NCBI GenBank assembly: GCA_013265495.1
Contig: MU058815.1
Coordinates: forward strand, 1-64,000
Origin: Vicugna vicugna
Taxonomy: Eukaryota
Direction: 5' to 3'
Length of the DNA stretch: 64,000 nucleotides
Shown here: positions 26,745 to 40,339 of the stretch, in pieces
How positions within the stretch are numbered: the first letter of the stretch is position 1
How the letters are laid out: each line of letters begins with the position of its first letter
Notes under the pieces: model-generated
The model's input: the letters and a program-made list of their open reading frames with translations, nothing else
Database searches by the model: none
What the model was told of the DNA's origin: nothing
Program-made: the position numbers and the translations under genes

Positions 26745-27205
26745 ACACACAAATGTTTGCAGCAGGTTTATGTGTAACTGCCCCGAACGGCACACAACCC
26801 AGATGTCAGCACGCGGCACCTCCCTGCAGTGGAATGCTGCTCGGCACTAAAAACGAACCGACTTCTGATCCATGATACACATGGATGAGTCTCAAAAAAA
26901 AACACGCTGATTAAAAGACATACAAAATTAATGCATACTGTGTTCCATTTATAAAAAATTGTTGAAAATGGAAACTAGTGTCTAGTGATACACAGCAGTG
27001 CTGTAGTTGTCTGGGGACAAGTTGGGGGACCAAGAAGGGCAGGACAAAGGGATTACCAAAGACCCTTCTGGGGAAGCTTCTAGGGGTGATGGATATGTTT
27101 GCCATCTTGATTATGGTGATCTTTTCACAAGTCAGAGTCACCACGCTGCACACTCCAACAGCTGCAATCTCTTGTACATCAATTACACCTCAATAAACCT
27201 GTTTT
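26745..27205 (+). mobile_element. Old L1 3'UTR (L1MB/ME-like)
   Basis: 'acatggatgagtctcaaaa...catactgtgttccatttata...ggggtgatggatatgtttgccatcttgattatggtgat...aattacacctcaataaa'. Confidence 0.7.
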
Positions 27206-29990
27206 TAAAAGGATGTGACTTGACTAACATGAAAATGATACATTAAACAAAAGAAAGTACACCAGTTCCCTGATCTTTTATAAACAAGAGACACAATTTA
27301 AAATTGATAAATCAAATAATACAGGTATCAGTCTATTTAAAATTATAAAGAAAACAGTAAGGAAAAATGATGGGAGAAGAGTAAGGTGGGAGAAAAGAAT
27401 TTAAAACTGGAAAGATGCCAATTCCATCACTGCTCATTCGAAGAAGTCAATAGAACTTTCTAAAGGAACAGAGGACCGAGTACAGCACATAAAGTTCTAA
27501 TGGTAAAGATAACCCCTAGGACAAAAACGCAACCCTTTCCCATGATTAGAATAAGTCCACAAACAGAACGAACCAGAAAAACACGCAGCGTATTTATAAT
27601 GATTTTTTAAATACAAAATCATCAAAATCAGAAGGCACAGAAAATCATAATGATGGACTCAACACCAAGTATATCAAAATATTTAAAGGAGCTATATTCA
27701 TCCAGTAAGAAGAAACTCCAGCTGGATGACAAAGCAAAGCCCAACTACAAACAGAACGATACAAAAACTTCTAAAACAAAACAGAAAATAGTAAAAATAT
27801 GAAGAACAGGTATGGCACCTCAGAGTCAAATACAAAGAAAACACCTCAAAATCTTAACAAAAAAGGGCAACAATGGGGTAAAAGCATTAAAAGGGCTTAA
27901 AAAAAAAACCCAAAAGGCACTTCATAAGGCTTAATAAAGCAAAAATCCACGATGAAGATCTAGCAGCGATAAAACACCAACTGACACAGCGGGAGCGTCC
28001 ACAAAGCAGCAGCACAGTACATTCCACACAGTACAAATGTCGCAGCCATCCTCTGACTGATCTGCAAGAAGTCAACCAGGAAATAACAAAAGCACTGGCT
28101 AACTGGGGACAGACGAGTATGCGTGGCCTGGAGGCACATTTTCTTTGCCATTTCAGCAGCTTAGCAGAGAGCGCAGAGAGCTGGCTCAACAGGCGAGCAC
28201 TGAGCATCAGTTCAGCAGGAGGGCCGGCTCTGGCCACCTGCCTCCAGAGGTGCTTTCTGACAAGGCTCCTCACTCACTTTCCCAGCTGGCAAGTGTCCAG
28301 GGTACATGGCTAGACAGGTGTTCTCTTCTTCCCTAAAATGCTAAATATATACAGCATTACAGAGGTGGGTCCCCCTCTCCTGTAACTTTGGTCCCCAAAT
28401 TTCTTCTACCCTAACAAATGATTTATCTAAATGGCTCCTTCAAAAACAAATAAATGCATGTGTTCTTGGTTGAGCTATAACTTCCTTCTTTCTTCTTTTG
28501 GAAATGTGCCTGGCCTCCAAGGTCACACGTGTTCCTGCATGCGTGTGCAGAGTGCCCTGCGAGTTACGGCCAAAGCCAGCACAGAGCAGCTACGTCTGGG
28601 GGAAGTGAGTCTAATGCCGGCGATCCAAATGAGCAAACCTCATCAACAGATCTGAAGCCACAACCTCAACTTACCTAATACCAGTCATAAAAATATTTTG
28701 CCTTTTTTTTCTAGTTTTTTTTTTAATTTATTCCAAACCTCAGAAAGAAAGATGTATCTATTTATTGAGGCTTCCTCAGATACACTAATATTATGTTTAA
28801 TGCTATTTTCTGCATTGTTGTTTATAATAGTAAAAAACTAAAAACTATCTAAAAGCCATCAATAAAGGAATAATTATACACATTATGGTATATCCGTAGT
28901 AAACAATGCTAGGAATTTCTTTTTTTTTTTTAATTGCAGTGATAAAAATCCACACTGGAGAAGCCTACACTCTAAATTACAATGTCTATCACACAAAGAC
29001 TAGCCAAGGAAACAAGATAAGGGAAACAGTAAAAAGGAAAAGGTCCACACAAAACTGAGATCCATAATCATCAAACGCGGACTCTCAAAAACACGAAGCC
29101 AAGCAGGAAACTGTAAACTGCAAACAAAAAAGTGACATAACAGATTTTCTGAAGAACCAAAAACTTTTTTTAAATGAAACAGAAAAACTCAATGTTTGTA
29201 TACAATCAGGTGCAGCTTAGGAGAAAATTACTGAACTGGTGGAGAGGTGACAAGAAACTATTCACAAAGTAAGGAAAAACAAACATGGAAAATACAGAGA
29301 TAAAAGGACGTAGTAAGACGGTCTGATATATGTCTAAGTGACACAAAACAAATGAAACAGACAATCATCTGAATAAGTTTAAAATTAAGCAGCAAATTAA
29401 ACCTGAAGAAAAAAGGAAGGAATTAATAAAAACTAGAATAGGAATTAATAAAACAGAAACAATAGAGAGAATTAACAAAGCCCTCAACAGATTTTTTGAT
29501 GTATAATAAAACTGAGACGGCGCTGGAGAGACTGATCAAAGGAGGAGACAGAGGACACGAATCAGGACACCACCAGGAGTGCAAAGGGGACATCACTGCT
29601 GGCACTTCTGACGTTAAACAGATAAAAGAACACTGTGGATGACTTTATACTAATGCATTTGAAAATCTAGATGACATGGATAAATTCCTGAATACTATAC
29701 ATTTCCAAAAATAAAATTTTAAAGACCTGTTTTTGTGGTTATTTTCATATACATACATACATATACATGTTTGTACATAATCTATCTAGCAATGTATGTA
29801 TGCAAATATTCAAGTAACAATCAAGAAAAGGACTAAAAATGTACATATTAAATTAGCATATGAGCAATAATTACTTATGTGGAGAGAAAGAGAATGAGGG
29901 AAAGCTGCTGGAAAGTTTTAAATTTTTACATAAACACATACACAGATATTCCTTGTGGAATTAAGTGCTAACATCAAAAAGCCAAAAAAT

Positions 29991-30122
29991 GGGGGAGGGT
30001 TTAGTTCAAGTGGTAGAGTGCATGCTTAGCATACACAAGGTCCTGGGTTCAATCCCCAGCACCTCCTCTAAAAATAAATAAGTAAAATCTAATTACTGCC
30101 CCTGCCAAAAAAAAAAGTTGAA
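29991..30122 (+). mobile_element. Vic-1-type camelid SINE (tRNA-Ala derived)
   Basis: GGGGGAGGGTTTAGTTCAAGTGGTAGAGTGCATGCTTAGCATACACAAGGTCCTGGGTTCAATCCCCAGCACCTCC plus A-rich tail. TSD aaaaagccaaaaaat (29976-29990) / aaaaatccaaaaaat (30123-30137), 14 of 15 matching. Confidence 0.9.
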
Positions 30123-31649
30123 AAAAATCCAAAAAATTTTAAAGTGATTTTTTTCTAGTCTTGTCAAATTCTAGAATATTCTAGGGTAATATTTTAGAGT
30201 AAGTGACAGAGCTTGGTTGATAAGCCCATTGCTCTTGCTATATTTAGCAACACATTATTAAATTTCACGAAACTGTCCAAAGTCATAATGTGATTAATAC
30301 CCCAATGAAAGCGGCCAAAGCAGTAAAACTCCAGGAAGAGACAAGAGACCATAAGTTGCAAACTGTGACGTGTAACGACTCCATTCTAGACTATGATTCA
30401 ATAGACTGGGGCTGTTAACTACTCATACGGGAAAACAAGTAACTCCCAGGTACTTGTGTCAGCTTTCCATCATTCTTGGCAAGAGGGTAAAGAAAACTAA
30501 AATTGAGATCTGGAAATTACTACTTGGAAAACTAAAGTCAAGACTTAACCAGAGTGTTTCACCAATCAACCTTTCACACACCATAATTCAGTACCTCCAA
30601 TTTCTAGTTATTACATCAAATGGGGGGTGGGAGGGCACTTAAAATACATGCCAGATAACGTCCAATTTAACTAAATTAATTACTTAAACAGGTCAACTTG
30701 GCAGACCGACAGACAATTCTGCAAACTTTGAAAATCTTCTTTTCTGAACAATTCTTAACACAACACAGCTAAAATAAAAACCAAAACAGGCAATAGTAAA
30801 GGTAAAATAACAAGCGTATAACCTCTCAAATTGTATTATAATAGTCACTGTGGTACTGATTTAAGAATCTTCAGAATAAGCTTTATTTCAGATAAAGCAA
30901 AACAAAAATGAAACACCTGGAAAAGTTTTAAACTGTATAATGGTGATAAACTGAAAAAAATAAGTAAGTAACACCTCTGGATTTCTCTCGAGTTATCAGA
31001 TGCCTCTAAACCAAATGGAAGGCTTAACAGGGATACACCTGGAACTGATGCAAGCTCTTGTGTTCATTACTGGAGAATATCTAAATCCTAAAATGGGATA
31101 CTACAAAGAGATTTAGGTGGATGTGTACCTTTACAAGCACATTTCTCAGCTGAACATTTTATGTAATTAAAAAGAATATAATGACTAAATGCATGAAATG
31201 ACAAATACAGTACTTTAAACAGGTAAAAATTACTCACACTTCATTCATATGCAAAAGCTCTGGATCTTACATCAGAGGCTATGACTGCCATAAGTCAGCA
31301 TCCGAGACTACAATTAAGCCACGATAAGTCAGATGCTGTGCTTCATAGAAAGCTATGTACATCTATTTTAGAGGAAAATTTTTCCAAATACTTTCACTTA
31401 TAGTTTATTTACAAGAAATCAAATTACAGGAAGTATCTGTCCATAACCAGGATAAGTTTCAGATAACTAGCTTTTTTTTTTTTAAAGTACTTAAAACCAG
31501 AAAGCTCAGCCTGGTACCCAGACTAAGGCATCTTTCAAAATTGCCCTACAGAAAGAATGGAGTTTTTCATCGTTTCCCAGCCAAGTTAAGCATCTGACCA
31601 TAGCCTCAGCGCTGTCGCCAAAAGGGTGCTTGTTGCAATACTGAGCAGT

Positions 31650-32060
31650 TTCCCTACCACGCGTCTCACGTGGCCTGTCCGCAGCTTTCGCTCGGTCCCT
31701 CCTTCATGAAAGCCCTTCTTCCCCTGGTGTCAGAACACCGTTTTCCTCCCACCTGCCTACCCAGGCTGATCATTCTCCGTCTCTGTTCCGGTTCTTCTTT
31801 CTCCTCTCAGCCTTGAAACAGTATTACTAACGCTGCAGGGTTGCCAGACATTTTTTCTCTCTGCAGTTAACTTCCTAGGTGCCTCACCCAGGGCCAGAGC
31901 TTCACGTAGCATCAACATTCTGATGGCTCCCAAATTCACATCTCGAGCCCGGACTACCCGCTCCTGTCCAGGCTCCTCTCTTGTTGCCTGCCTGACATCT
32001 CCAACTTGGATGTCTCCATAGCATCAACCAGCTTTACGTTTCAAACCTGAACTCCTGACC
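31650..32060 (+). mobile_element. L2 LINE fragment
   Basis: 'tgatggctcccaaattcacatctcgagccc...ctgcctgacatctccaacttggatgtct...caaacctgaactcctga'. Confidence 0.65.
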
Positions 32061-35000
32061 TACATCTCCCATTTTAATCCAGCAGAAGGGTAGTGTTCTA
32101 ATTTACTCATCATGATAAATAAGCAAATTGGTCCATCTATGTTCATTCTATCATCCTCAGGCACATCCTGGAAACAACACGAACTGGGGTGGAAGAGAAA
32201 GAATCAAGCTCAGGCCAGGATGAGCATGATTCTTTGAATTTCAGATACAGGCAAACAGAAAGGGGTTCCAAGGGAGAATCCAATCTGAAGATGAGAGGAA
32301 ACCAGGACAGCTCTGTTCACTGCTCCACCAGCAGGATCCCAGTCAATTTACTCTTTCAGTCGGAGATCCACCATGCCAGGTACTAGGGACAGGTGGAGAA
32401 AAAACCCACGGTGTTCTCACAACAAGGAGGAGACAGGAAAAGTACCAAACGGCAGAGAGGACTAGAATCCACATCTCCTACCTCCACATCAAGAGATTTA
32501 CGTAAGGTATGCCTCAATCAACATGTATAAAAACAATTCATAGAAGCTCACTGCACTTTGGTAATGTATAAAATATAACTTTTCTACAATAAAATAAACA
32601 TCTATGGCAAAGCCTCTGAGCAACTGTTAAACTGAGCTGATGTTCTGACATAAGATCAGCTTTACAAAATGAACTGTATTCTATCTTCTAGCTTAAGGTA
32701 AAGACAACAGGAAGACAGACGGATCATGCAGTCACCGAAATAGAAAGAATATTCTCTTGTACAAAGTCAGCTAGGCTGGGGGAAAAAAAGAGTCTGATTC
32801 CACAACAAACCCCTGCAGAAAGGTGACTAAGATAAAAGTCTGACAGAAATGTGCTTCTGTATTTTTGTGCTTCTTTAGTTTTTAATTATGAGTGACTTAC
32901 TCTTTTATTTCTTTGAGCTTTTCAATCCTAAAATTCAAAAGTGTGTCTCAATCCTAAAATTCAAAATCATGTCAACTAAAGAAAAATAAATGAGAAGCAC
33001 TTCTTGAGAAGAGGTTTATCCTGTAAAATTTACATAAGATTTTTTTTACACAAAATTTTCCATTCCATTGTACAAAAATATTTTCTATGTATCTGACCCA
33101 GAGAGACAGCTTTTTCTGATAGAAAAATACTTAAAACAATAGATTTTTCAATCACATGAAGAGAAGCTAATCAGAGAATTTGAAAACTTTCAAAATCAAA
33201 TTACTTCCTTTTTATAAAACTTTACAGTGTAACAAAATCTTAAGAAAAAATGATGTTGTTAAATAGCTGCATTTTATAATCTGTCCTCTTAACATAATTA
33301 CTTGTATTTCAATGCAAATTAAGCTCTGCATTTACATAGCTAAATTGAAGCTTCTGCAATTTTATTTCATGGTGGGGGGAGCCAGAAATGCCTGGCATTT
33401 TAAAGGATTACTGTGGAAGATCATTCACATCACACTATAGCCTACAATTAAAAATTCTGGTGAAAACCTATTTTAAATATTTTTCACCATTAGATAGCAA
33501 CTCCTTGAGAACCAGGACTTTCCCCCTCGGAGTTTCCACTTCAGAGAGAACTCTGAAAATGCTTTCTAGCTCTTCATGAAATATCATCTGATTAGACAAA
33601 GACTGGTCCTAAGTAGGTAATTAAATACCTTTGCTTGAGAACAGCATATTCTAAATTGCTAATTTGCACAACGGTGGTCCCAGCAGTAAGGTGCCCAGAT
33701 CATGCAGCTGGAGGAGGGGTGGAAAGTTGAGGAACAAGAGCAGTCAGTTATTAGACCAGGATAATCTCATGTCTGCACATCCATGCTGACTTGCTAATGC
33801 ACGACATTTCAAAGTAGTCAGTTACTGCTTTCTGCCCAGACATCTCATACTTGAAGGGGACAGTGGGGACTTGTAACAATGATCAACTTTTGAGAAACCT
33901 GAGAATTTCTTTAGAATAAAATATCTCCAAAAGAAAAGCCATTTAAGTTTTTTTTTCCTTTGAAAAGAGCAAAAGAATTAAATTTTGCTGTAGAATTTTG
34001 GGGTTACTTCTTAAGAAGACGCTTTCTAAGAAGTTAGGAACAGTAAAGTAAGCAATTTAGTGACTCAACATACAGAACTTCTTTCTCATCTCTATTTTAA
34101 TAGAACAGCTTTCAAATGCATCCAGTGCCTTTAAGTTCCTTACAGACTCTTTCATGAAAAACAAGCAGAGCACAGTAGCCACTGTGGCCAAGAACAAAGT
34201 CCATTCACCCTTTAGAACCCAGAGAAAGATACTCCAGCTGCGAAAAATGAACATGCAACAGGAGGCAAGAGGGGAAAGTGGTATCAAACAGGAAGGATAT
34301 GTTCTGATTTGTACTATTACTGATACTGCCACAATGATGGATCGTAAGATGTACGTGGTTGTTCAAAACCAGCTCACAAAATTCCTGACACTTTAACAAT
34401 CCTCAGTTCCACGTGAGCAGGCGCCAGCACACTGGTATGTGAAAACAGCCCCAAGTGTACAATGAAGGATCCCCCTCCACCAGCATCCATTAACACCCAC
34501 CAGACAAGCCATTTCCTCCGGGGAAAAATGACCTCCGGGAAGTCCTTCTCTACAGAAAATGAACTAAGAGGAGAACCAGAGGATAAGGACCCCATAGATA
34601 ACCGGAGGCTTATGTACAAAATCAGGTCCATAAACCAATTCTGTTTGACATTCGAAGGGTTTTTTCTCTCTCAATAAAAACCTTAAAAGTAGGAGATATT
34701 TTCTAAAACTGTAGAATTCTGGCTTCTCTTGAAAATAAGAAAAAAGGATATAAGAAAAAATGCAGAAAATAATTCAAGAAATAACACAAGAGATGTTTGC
34801 AGAACTCAAGAGCTATGAATCTACTTTGACCTAATTTGGCAAATATAAAGAACATATTTAACATGCACACATAATGAAGCACAATAATAACCAACTCCCT
34901 TAACATCACCACTCAAAGTAAGAAACAGGTCAGAACTAACACCCTATCTGTCCAGGTGTTCTTCACCTATTCCTCTATCTGCCTTTCCAAACCCAAAGGT

Positions 35001-35963
35001 AACCACCAACGTCTGTGTTTATCATTCTCACACTTTTCCTGTGTGTGTGTATTGTGTGTGTGATTTCATTACATGCTTACATAGCTCCAAGTTATATACC
35101 ATCTTGTATGCCTTCAGTTTTATAAAAAGTTATATATTGTTTTGATTCAACATTTTTCAAAGATTTATCCTTGTTGTTACACGTGTAAGTTATTCATTTA
35201 TTTGCAATGCTGTCTACACCCAACTGCGCAAAAGGACCAAAACATTTATCCATTTCCCCCGCCACTGCAATTTAGTTGTTTTCAGCTTTTTATTCTGAAC
35301 AATATTGCTACTATAAATGGTCTTTGTCTTAAATCCAGGGATAAGTTTCCCTAGGATACACCTGCAAAATATCTACAGAATAGTGTGGTGTCAAACTCCA
35401 AGTAGCAGTGCATTCATTAGCTGGTCAAAATCGGGAAGTTTTAAAAATAAAGTAAAATAGCATCAAAATGCAATGCACAAAGAAAGATTATTTCATGAGC
35501 GTTTGATACCCGCCCACCCCTGTGTGTTTACTGAACCAAACTATAAATATATTTGTTACTATAGGTCTAGAAAAAACAGTCCTAAAGTGCACCCTTCTAG
35601 GTAAATACTCCACAAAAAAAGTGAACTATTGAGTCTTATGGGATGTGGATGTTCAACTCTGTAAGGCAACACTGAACTGTTTTCCTAACCAGTCACACCA
35701 ATTTATACTCCCACTGGAAGTGTATACACTTCCTAATGATCCACTTCCTCGTTAACTCTTGGTAATAGCAGGCTAAGAAATTTTTGGCTAATCTGGTAGG
35801 TATAAAATAGTATCCCACTGTGGTATGCACCTGCATTTCTATGATCACCTGTGAGGACGCTCATCTTTCCTGCACGTACTTCCCACTTCGCTTTTGTGGG
35901 AAACATTTTTGTCTTACTGACTTTCAGGCTGCATGTATGTATGCATGTGTTGACTCATATATG

Positions 35964-35970
<7 letters not shown>

Positions 35971-36000
<30 letters not shown>
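35971..36000. repeat. (CA)n microsatellite
   Basis: acacacacacacacacacacacacatacac. Confidence 0.95.
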
Positions 36001-36001
<1 letters not shown>

Positions 36002-36593
36002 AATCCTTGGGCAGCTATGTGTTTCAAGTGTTTTCTCCCAGTTTGTGGCTTTTCTATCTACTTTCTTTAGAGTGTCTTTTAACAAACAGATGTTCTTAAG
36101 TTTAATTTCATAGAACATTATCAATCTTTCCCTTTGTGGTTTTTTTTTGTGTTTAAGAGATTTTTCACTCCATCAAGACCATACATGTTTGTTTCTTTTC
36201 ACAACCGTGGTCACGTCTTTGCCACCCACCAGTGATCTGCAGCGCCTCCTCTCTCCATATCAGTTCCCCTACTTTATGGTTCTACGGTCCACTCCACTGG
36301 TCAATTCGTCTATCCCAAAGCCAGTAATATACCACCTTAATTTCTGTATGTTTAAAATAGGTCTTGGGCATAAGGCAAGGACCCTTATTTCCTTCTTCTT
36401 CAAGAATGTTCAGCTGTTTTATTTGGGGGCCTGTCTGTGCCAAGTTCCTCACAAAATTAATGCACTTAATTTCATTTGTGAGAATCATCTTTTTGATACT
36501 GAATCTTTCTACTCAATAAGACAATGTCTCCATTTAATTTTTTTAGCGTCTTACAGTAAAGTTTCATAATTTTTCCAAACAGCTTGCATTGCA

Positions 36594-36716
36594 NNNNNNN
36601 NNNNNNNNNNNNNNNNNNNNNNNNNNNNNNNNNNNNNNNNNNNNNNNNNNNNNNNNNNNNNNNNNNNNNNNNNNNNNNNNNNNNNNNNNNNNNNNNNNNN
36701 NNNNNNNNNNNNNNNN
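36594..36716. other. Assembly gap (123 N)
   Basis: Run of n characters. Confidence 1.
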
Positions 36717-38184
36717 AGCTATCTTGTTCATTATTTCTAATAATTTATTGATCCTTATAGATTTTCAATGGAGACAGTCACCACTTGAGAAAGACAGTGT
36801 TATATTTCTTCTTTTTCAGCCATCATTGTATTTCCACTCCCCGCCTTTTGCACACATGCCAGAATTTTCAGAACCATCTTGAACAGAGGTGGTGCGGGCC
36901 GCCTGTCTTTTTTCTGACTTTAGGAGACCAGCTGATTTTCTTTTCTATTCTATTACTGCTTTTTTGTCTGTGAGTACAGAGCCTGTTTGATTTGAAATCT
37001 CCATGGTGAACCAGGAGATGATGCCTAATGCGCATTTACTAAGAGAACAGAACAGGAAGAGGCGCGCTCGGCTCCTCCTGGCTTGCCTTGCGCTTGACCT
37101 GTGATAGAGCGGACATCTCTCTCATTCTTTTTCTCAGTCTATTGAGAAAAACCCATGATTTTACTTGGCTAATGTCACGAATTAAATTTAATATTTTCAA
37201 GTGGAAATCTTTCTCTCCCCCTTCAATCCCTGTGAAAATCCAACTTGGTCTTTGTAATAAACTTACTGATCTCATCTATGTTCACAGGTGTGGCTCCTCT
37301 CAATCCTTTCTTCCATTGTTTGTGTCATTTATGCATAAGGTCCTGCTGATCTGAAATAATGACTTTAGGAAGGAACTCTCACTCCACCGTTCTGTGGAAG
37401 AGGTAGTATACGGTTGCAATGATCTGTTCCTCACCAGCTAGGGAGAGAATCTGAAACGCAAGTCACTGAACATGTAAAAACTGGGCCTCAGGCTTTCTCT
37501 GTGAAAAAACGTTCAACTACTGATTCAGTTTCTTCGGTGCATTCTATATTCAGTGCATCCTGAGAACTGCAACACCATGTCTAGACATCTATACACACAT
37601 CCTAATGCTCTAAAAGACTCTGTACGAAGATAATCATTGTTTTATTATAAACAATAAAACAGCAAAAAACCAAAACAACAACAAAAACCCTAAATGCTCA
37701 TTAAGGAAGCAATAATTTAAAATTCTGGATAAGACTACTCTATGCGTTACTATGCAGCAATATATTAAAAAGTATTAATAAAAAAGTAAGTTAAAAGGTA
37801 TGCAAATATAAACATTACACAGAATGATCCCATTGACATGAAAAACCAAAAAAATTCCAAATCCATCAATACGTTTGTGTATGCTATATTTAAGAAATAT
37901 AGATACTTTACGTCAAAGGCTTACACCAAATTCTTCTTTGTTTTCTAAGAACTACCTCCACATGCTGTGTCATCATAAACAGGAGGCATCTTTAATTATA
38001 AAATATTTTTCACAATTTTTCAAGTTAAGTATATTCCATGCAGCTTTACAACTAGGTATAGGCCATGAAAATCTAATTAGTATTTTAGTCAAAGCTTATA
38101 TAGAAGACTGTGCAACTTTTGAAAGCTGACATTTAAGGTCCTCTTCAGCATGCTCAACAGACAATGTAATGTAATTGTGCTTAC

Positions 38185-38271
38185 CGATTTCATTAATCAC
38201 TGCTCTTATTTTGGAGACAAAAGGGCCAACTTCACTGGGATTCATTTTGACTCTTTCCTTAAGATCAGCAC
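38185..38271 (-). CDS. AUH: AUH internal coding exon (human exon 4 equivalent), 87 nt, phase 1-1
   Basis: Minus strand reads ttgcag|GT GCT GAT CTT AAG GAA AGA GTC AAA ATG AAT CCC AGT GAA GTT GGC CCT TTT GTC TCC AAA ATA AGA GCA GTG ATT AAT GAA ATC G|gtaagc = (G)[28 protein letters not shown](A). This includes the crotonase GADL oxyanion-hole motif and splices in frame to the next exon. Confidence 0.97.
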
Positions 38272-38489
38272 CTGCAAGGTATTTTATTTACAAATATAAT
38301 CCAGTTATAAACAAAATTTTAAGGCAACGAATTGAAAATTTACTTAAGATTCATATATAACTTGAAAGATAAGACAGAATTTATCTACCAAAGGAATTCT
38401 GTTATCTAACTTTTCCATCCCAAAGACGCTGGTCAGCATCAGAAAGAATAAAATATTTGTTTGTTCATACATCTACCATGTGCTTAAAG

Positions 38490-38829
38490 CAATGGTTCTC
38501 CAGCTTTGTGGTCTCAGGCCCCCTTCATACTCTTAGAGGAAGGGGCTTTGTTCAGATTATGTAATATAAATCTACCAACAGTTATTCTATTATACAATGA
38601 AACAAAAATTTTTAAATATTTATTTATTCATTGAATAATACAAATAAACCCATTCGTGTTAACAAAAATCACTGCAGATTGATGCCACTTTCTTGGTTCC
38701 TGCAAACATGCTGGCACTTTACTCACCACTGCTTCTGCCCCATCAGTGCAAATGCCAACCCAGTGAAAAGGGTACCTCACTGCTGCGAAAACCATTGTGC
38801 CCTCGTGGATGCCCGCTTGGTGACCACCG
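38490..38829. mobile_element. Charlie1-derived hAT deletion element
   Basis: Starts 'caatggttctccagctttgtggtctcaggccccct', contains 'aataaacccattcgtgttaac', and ends 'ttggtgaccaccg', an imperfect inverted terminus. Confidence 0.65.
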
Positions 38830-39129
38830 ATCTCATTTAACAATCACTCATTTGAAAATATATACAAACCGACAGTGTGGTAATTAGAAGTTCACCCCAG
38901 ACTCATCACTTGGGAACAGATACAAATCAACACAAAGAATTCCTTAAGGGATTGTTTACTCTGTGGCTCAACAAAGACATTCTTTTTTATAAAATTAACT
39001 TCTCTGAGACAAGGTAGGTCCCTATTTAAATAAACAGACAAACAAAAGACAAAGTAGAATTACAGGACGGAAGGTATACGCTCAGCTCCTCACTCTCTTA
39101 CTAGCCCACTAGAAACTGATCATGACAGG

Positions 39130-39790
39130 ACATCATATCGAGTATCAGCCGAGGCGGGGACATTCTGAGCCCACACGCTTCCTGAGGGAGTGAGAACTAC
39201 AGCTGATCAAACACATATCCCACAACCCGTCACTTCTTAGGTATACATACCCTAGGAAATCTCTCAAACACACGCCCAAGGAAGCGTGTACAATGACATT
39301 CAATGTAACATACATAAAAATAGCAAAACACTTGGAAATAACCTAGACACTCAACAAAAGGATTAATAACAAAACTGGAACATATTTTTGCAACAGAATG
39401 TTATATGTGCAACATGAAAACGAAGGAATTAAAGTATAAATATGGATAAATTTAACAATGTTGGAAGATATACAAGTATAGAAATAAATATAACGTATTT
39501 ATAATTATATACAATTACAGAAAGACACACAAGATAATAACCATTTACGTAAGTGTTTAAAAGAAGAATGCTACTTAGGGATATAAAACATGCATGGAAG
39601 TAATAAACTCCAAATTCGATTGGTGGTGACCTCAGCGGAGGGGAGGGATGTGACTGGCAACAGACACAGAGAACTTCAATCTTTTTTGTAATACTGTGTT
39701 GCTCAAGTTAGGTGATGGATTCTCAATATGTTACTCTTTAAATGTTTTCGGATGTTTGGTATAATATCTTCATAACTAATTTTTTCTATG
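39130..39790 (+). mobile_element. Old L1 3' region (L1ME-like)
   Basis: 'cttaggtatacataccctaggaaatctctc...atagcaaaacacttggaaataacc...gttgctcaagttaggtgatgg'. Confidence 0.55.
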
Positions 39791-40339
39791 AAAAGAAAAA
39801 AATTTAGCAGAGAAAATTTTAGTAGGGCCAAAAAATTCTACATTAAATTAGTAGGATGTATTTGTTAATGAAGTAATGGTTCAACTCACTGTCATTTAAC
39901 ACTGAGAATATAACTGTAAGCTGAGAATATAAATGTTGCTTAGTGCATGTTAGCTAATAATACATATTAGTTAACAAAAGTAGCTAAAAGTAGTGTGATA
40001 CGGGGGAAGGGAGTGGACGAAGGAGGAGCCAAAGCAGTGAAGAAGTGGAAGCTGATGGGACAGACGCGGACTCCGGATGAGGTGGTCCTGAGGGGCCCCT
40101 GTACTTGCATCATGGGATCCATCACGTCGTCTGGTCCCAGGACACCATGAGGGTGCGCTCTAACACACCAACCAGAGGTCTGATGGGGGCTTTTCCAACA
40201 TTCTGACCCTGTGACCACACAGCATGCTTTGAAAAGCACACTCAGGTTAAAGAGACCAAGCTGCTGGAAGCCATAGCAGGAGCTAAAGAGAATCAAGGTT
40301 TGCTCGTAACATTCATGGCCCATTCGCTGCAAAGCAGTC

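Larger units (their letters stand above)
34830..37550 (-). mobile_element. Old L1 (3'UTR + ORF2 remnants), minus strand, interrupted
   Basis: Minus-strand ORF2-like peptides, e.g. 'IKLKNICLLKDTLKKVDRKATNWEK' (ORF 35924) and 'IKVVYYWLWDRRIDQWS' (ORF 36282). Confidence 0.65.

Noticed and set aside
29991..30066. tRNA-Ala(AGC) gene (also 57788-57863)
   Set aside because: Both have an extra 5' leader, broken stems, a shared non-tRNA tail, an A-rich end and TSDs, which indicates SINE copies.
31229..31360. Cryptic minus-strand exon ending at a GTGAGT donor (~31237)
   Set aside because: The exonic side of the donor is weak and I found no convincing paired acceptor.
36589..36882. ORF containing a poly-X run
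   Set aside because: It is an artefact of the N gap.
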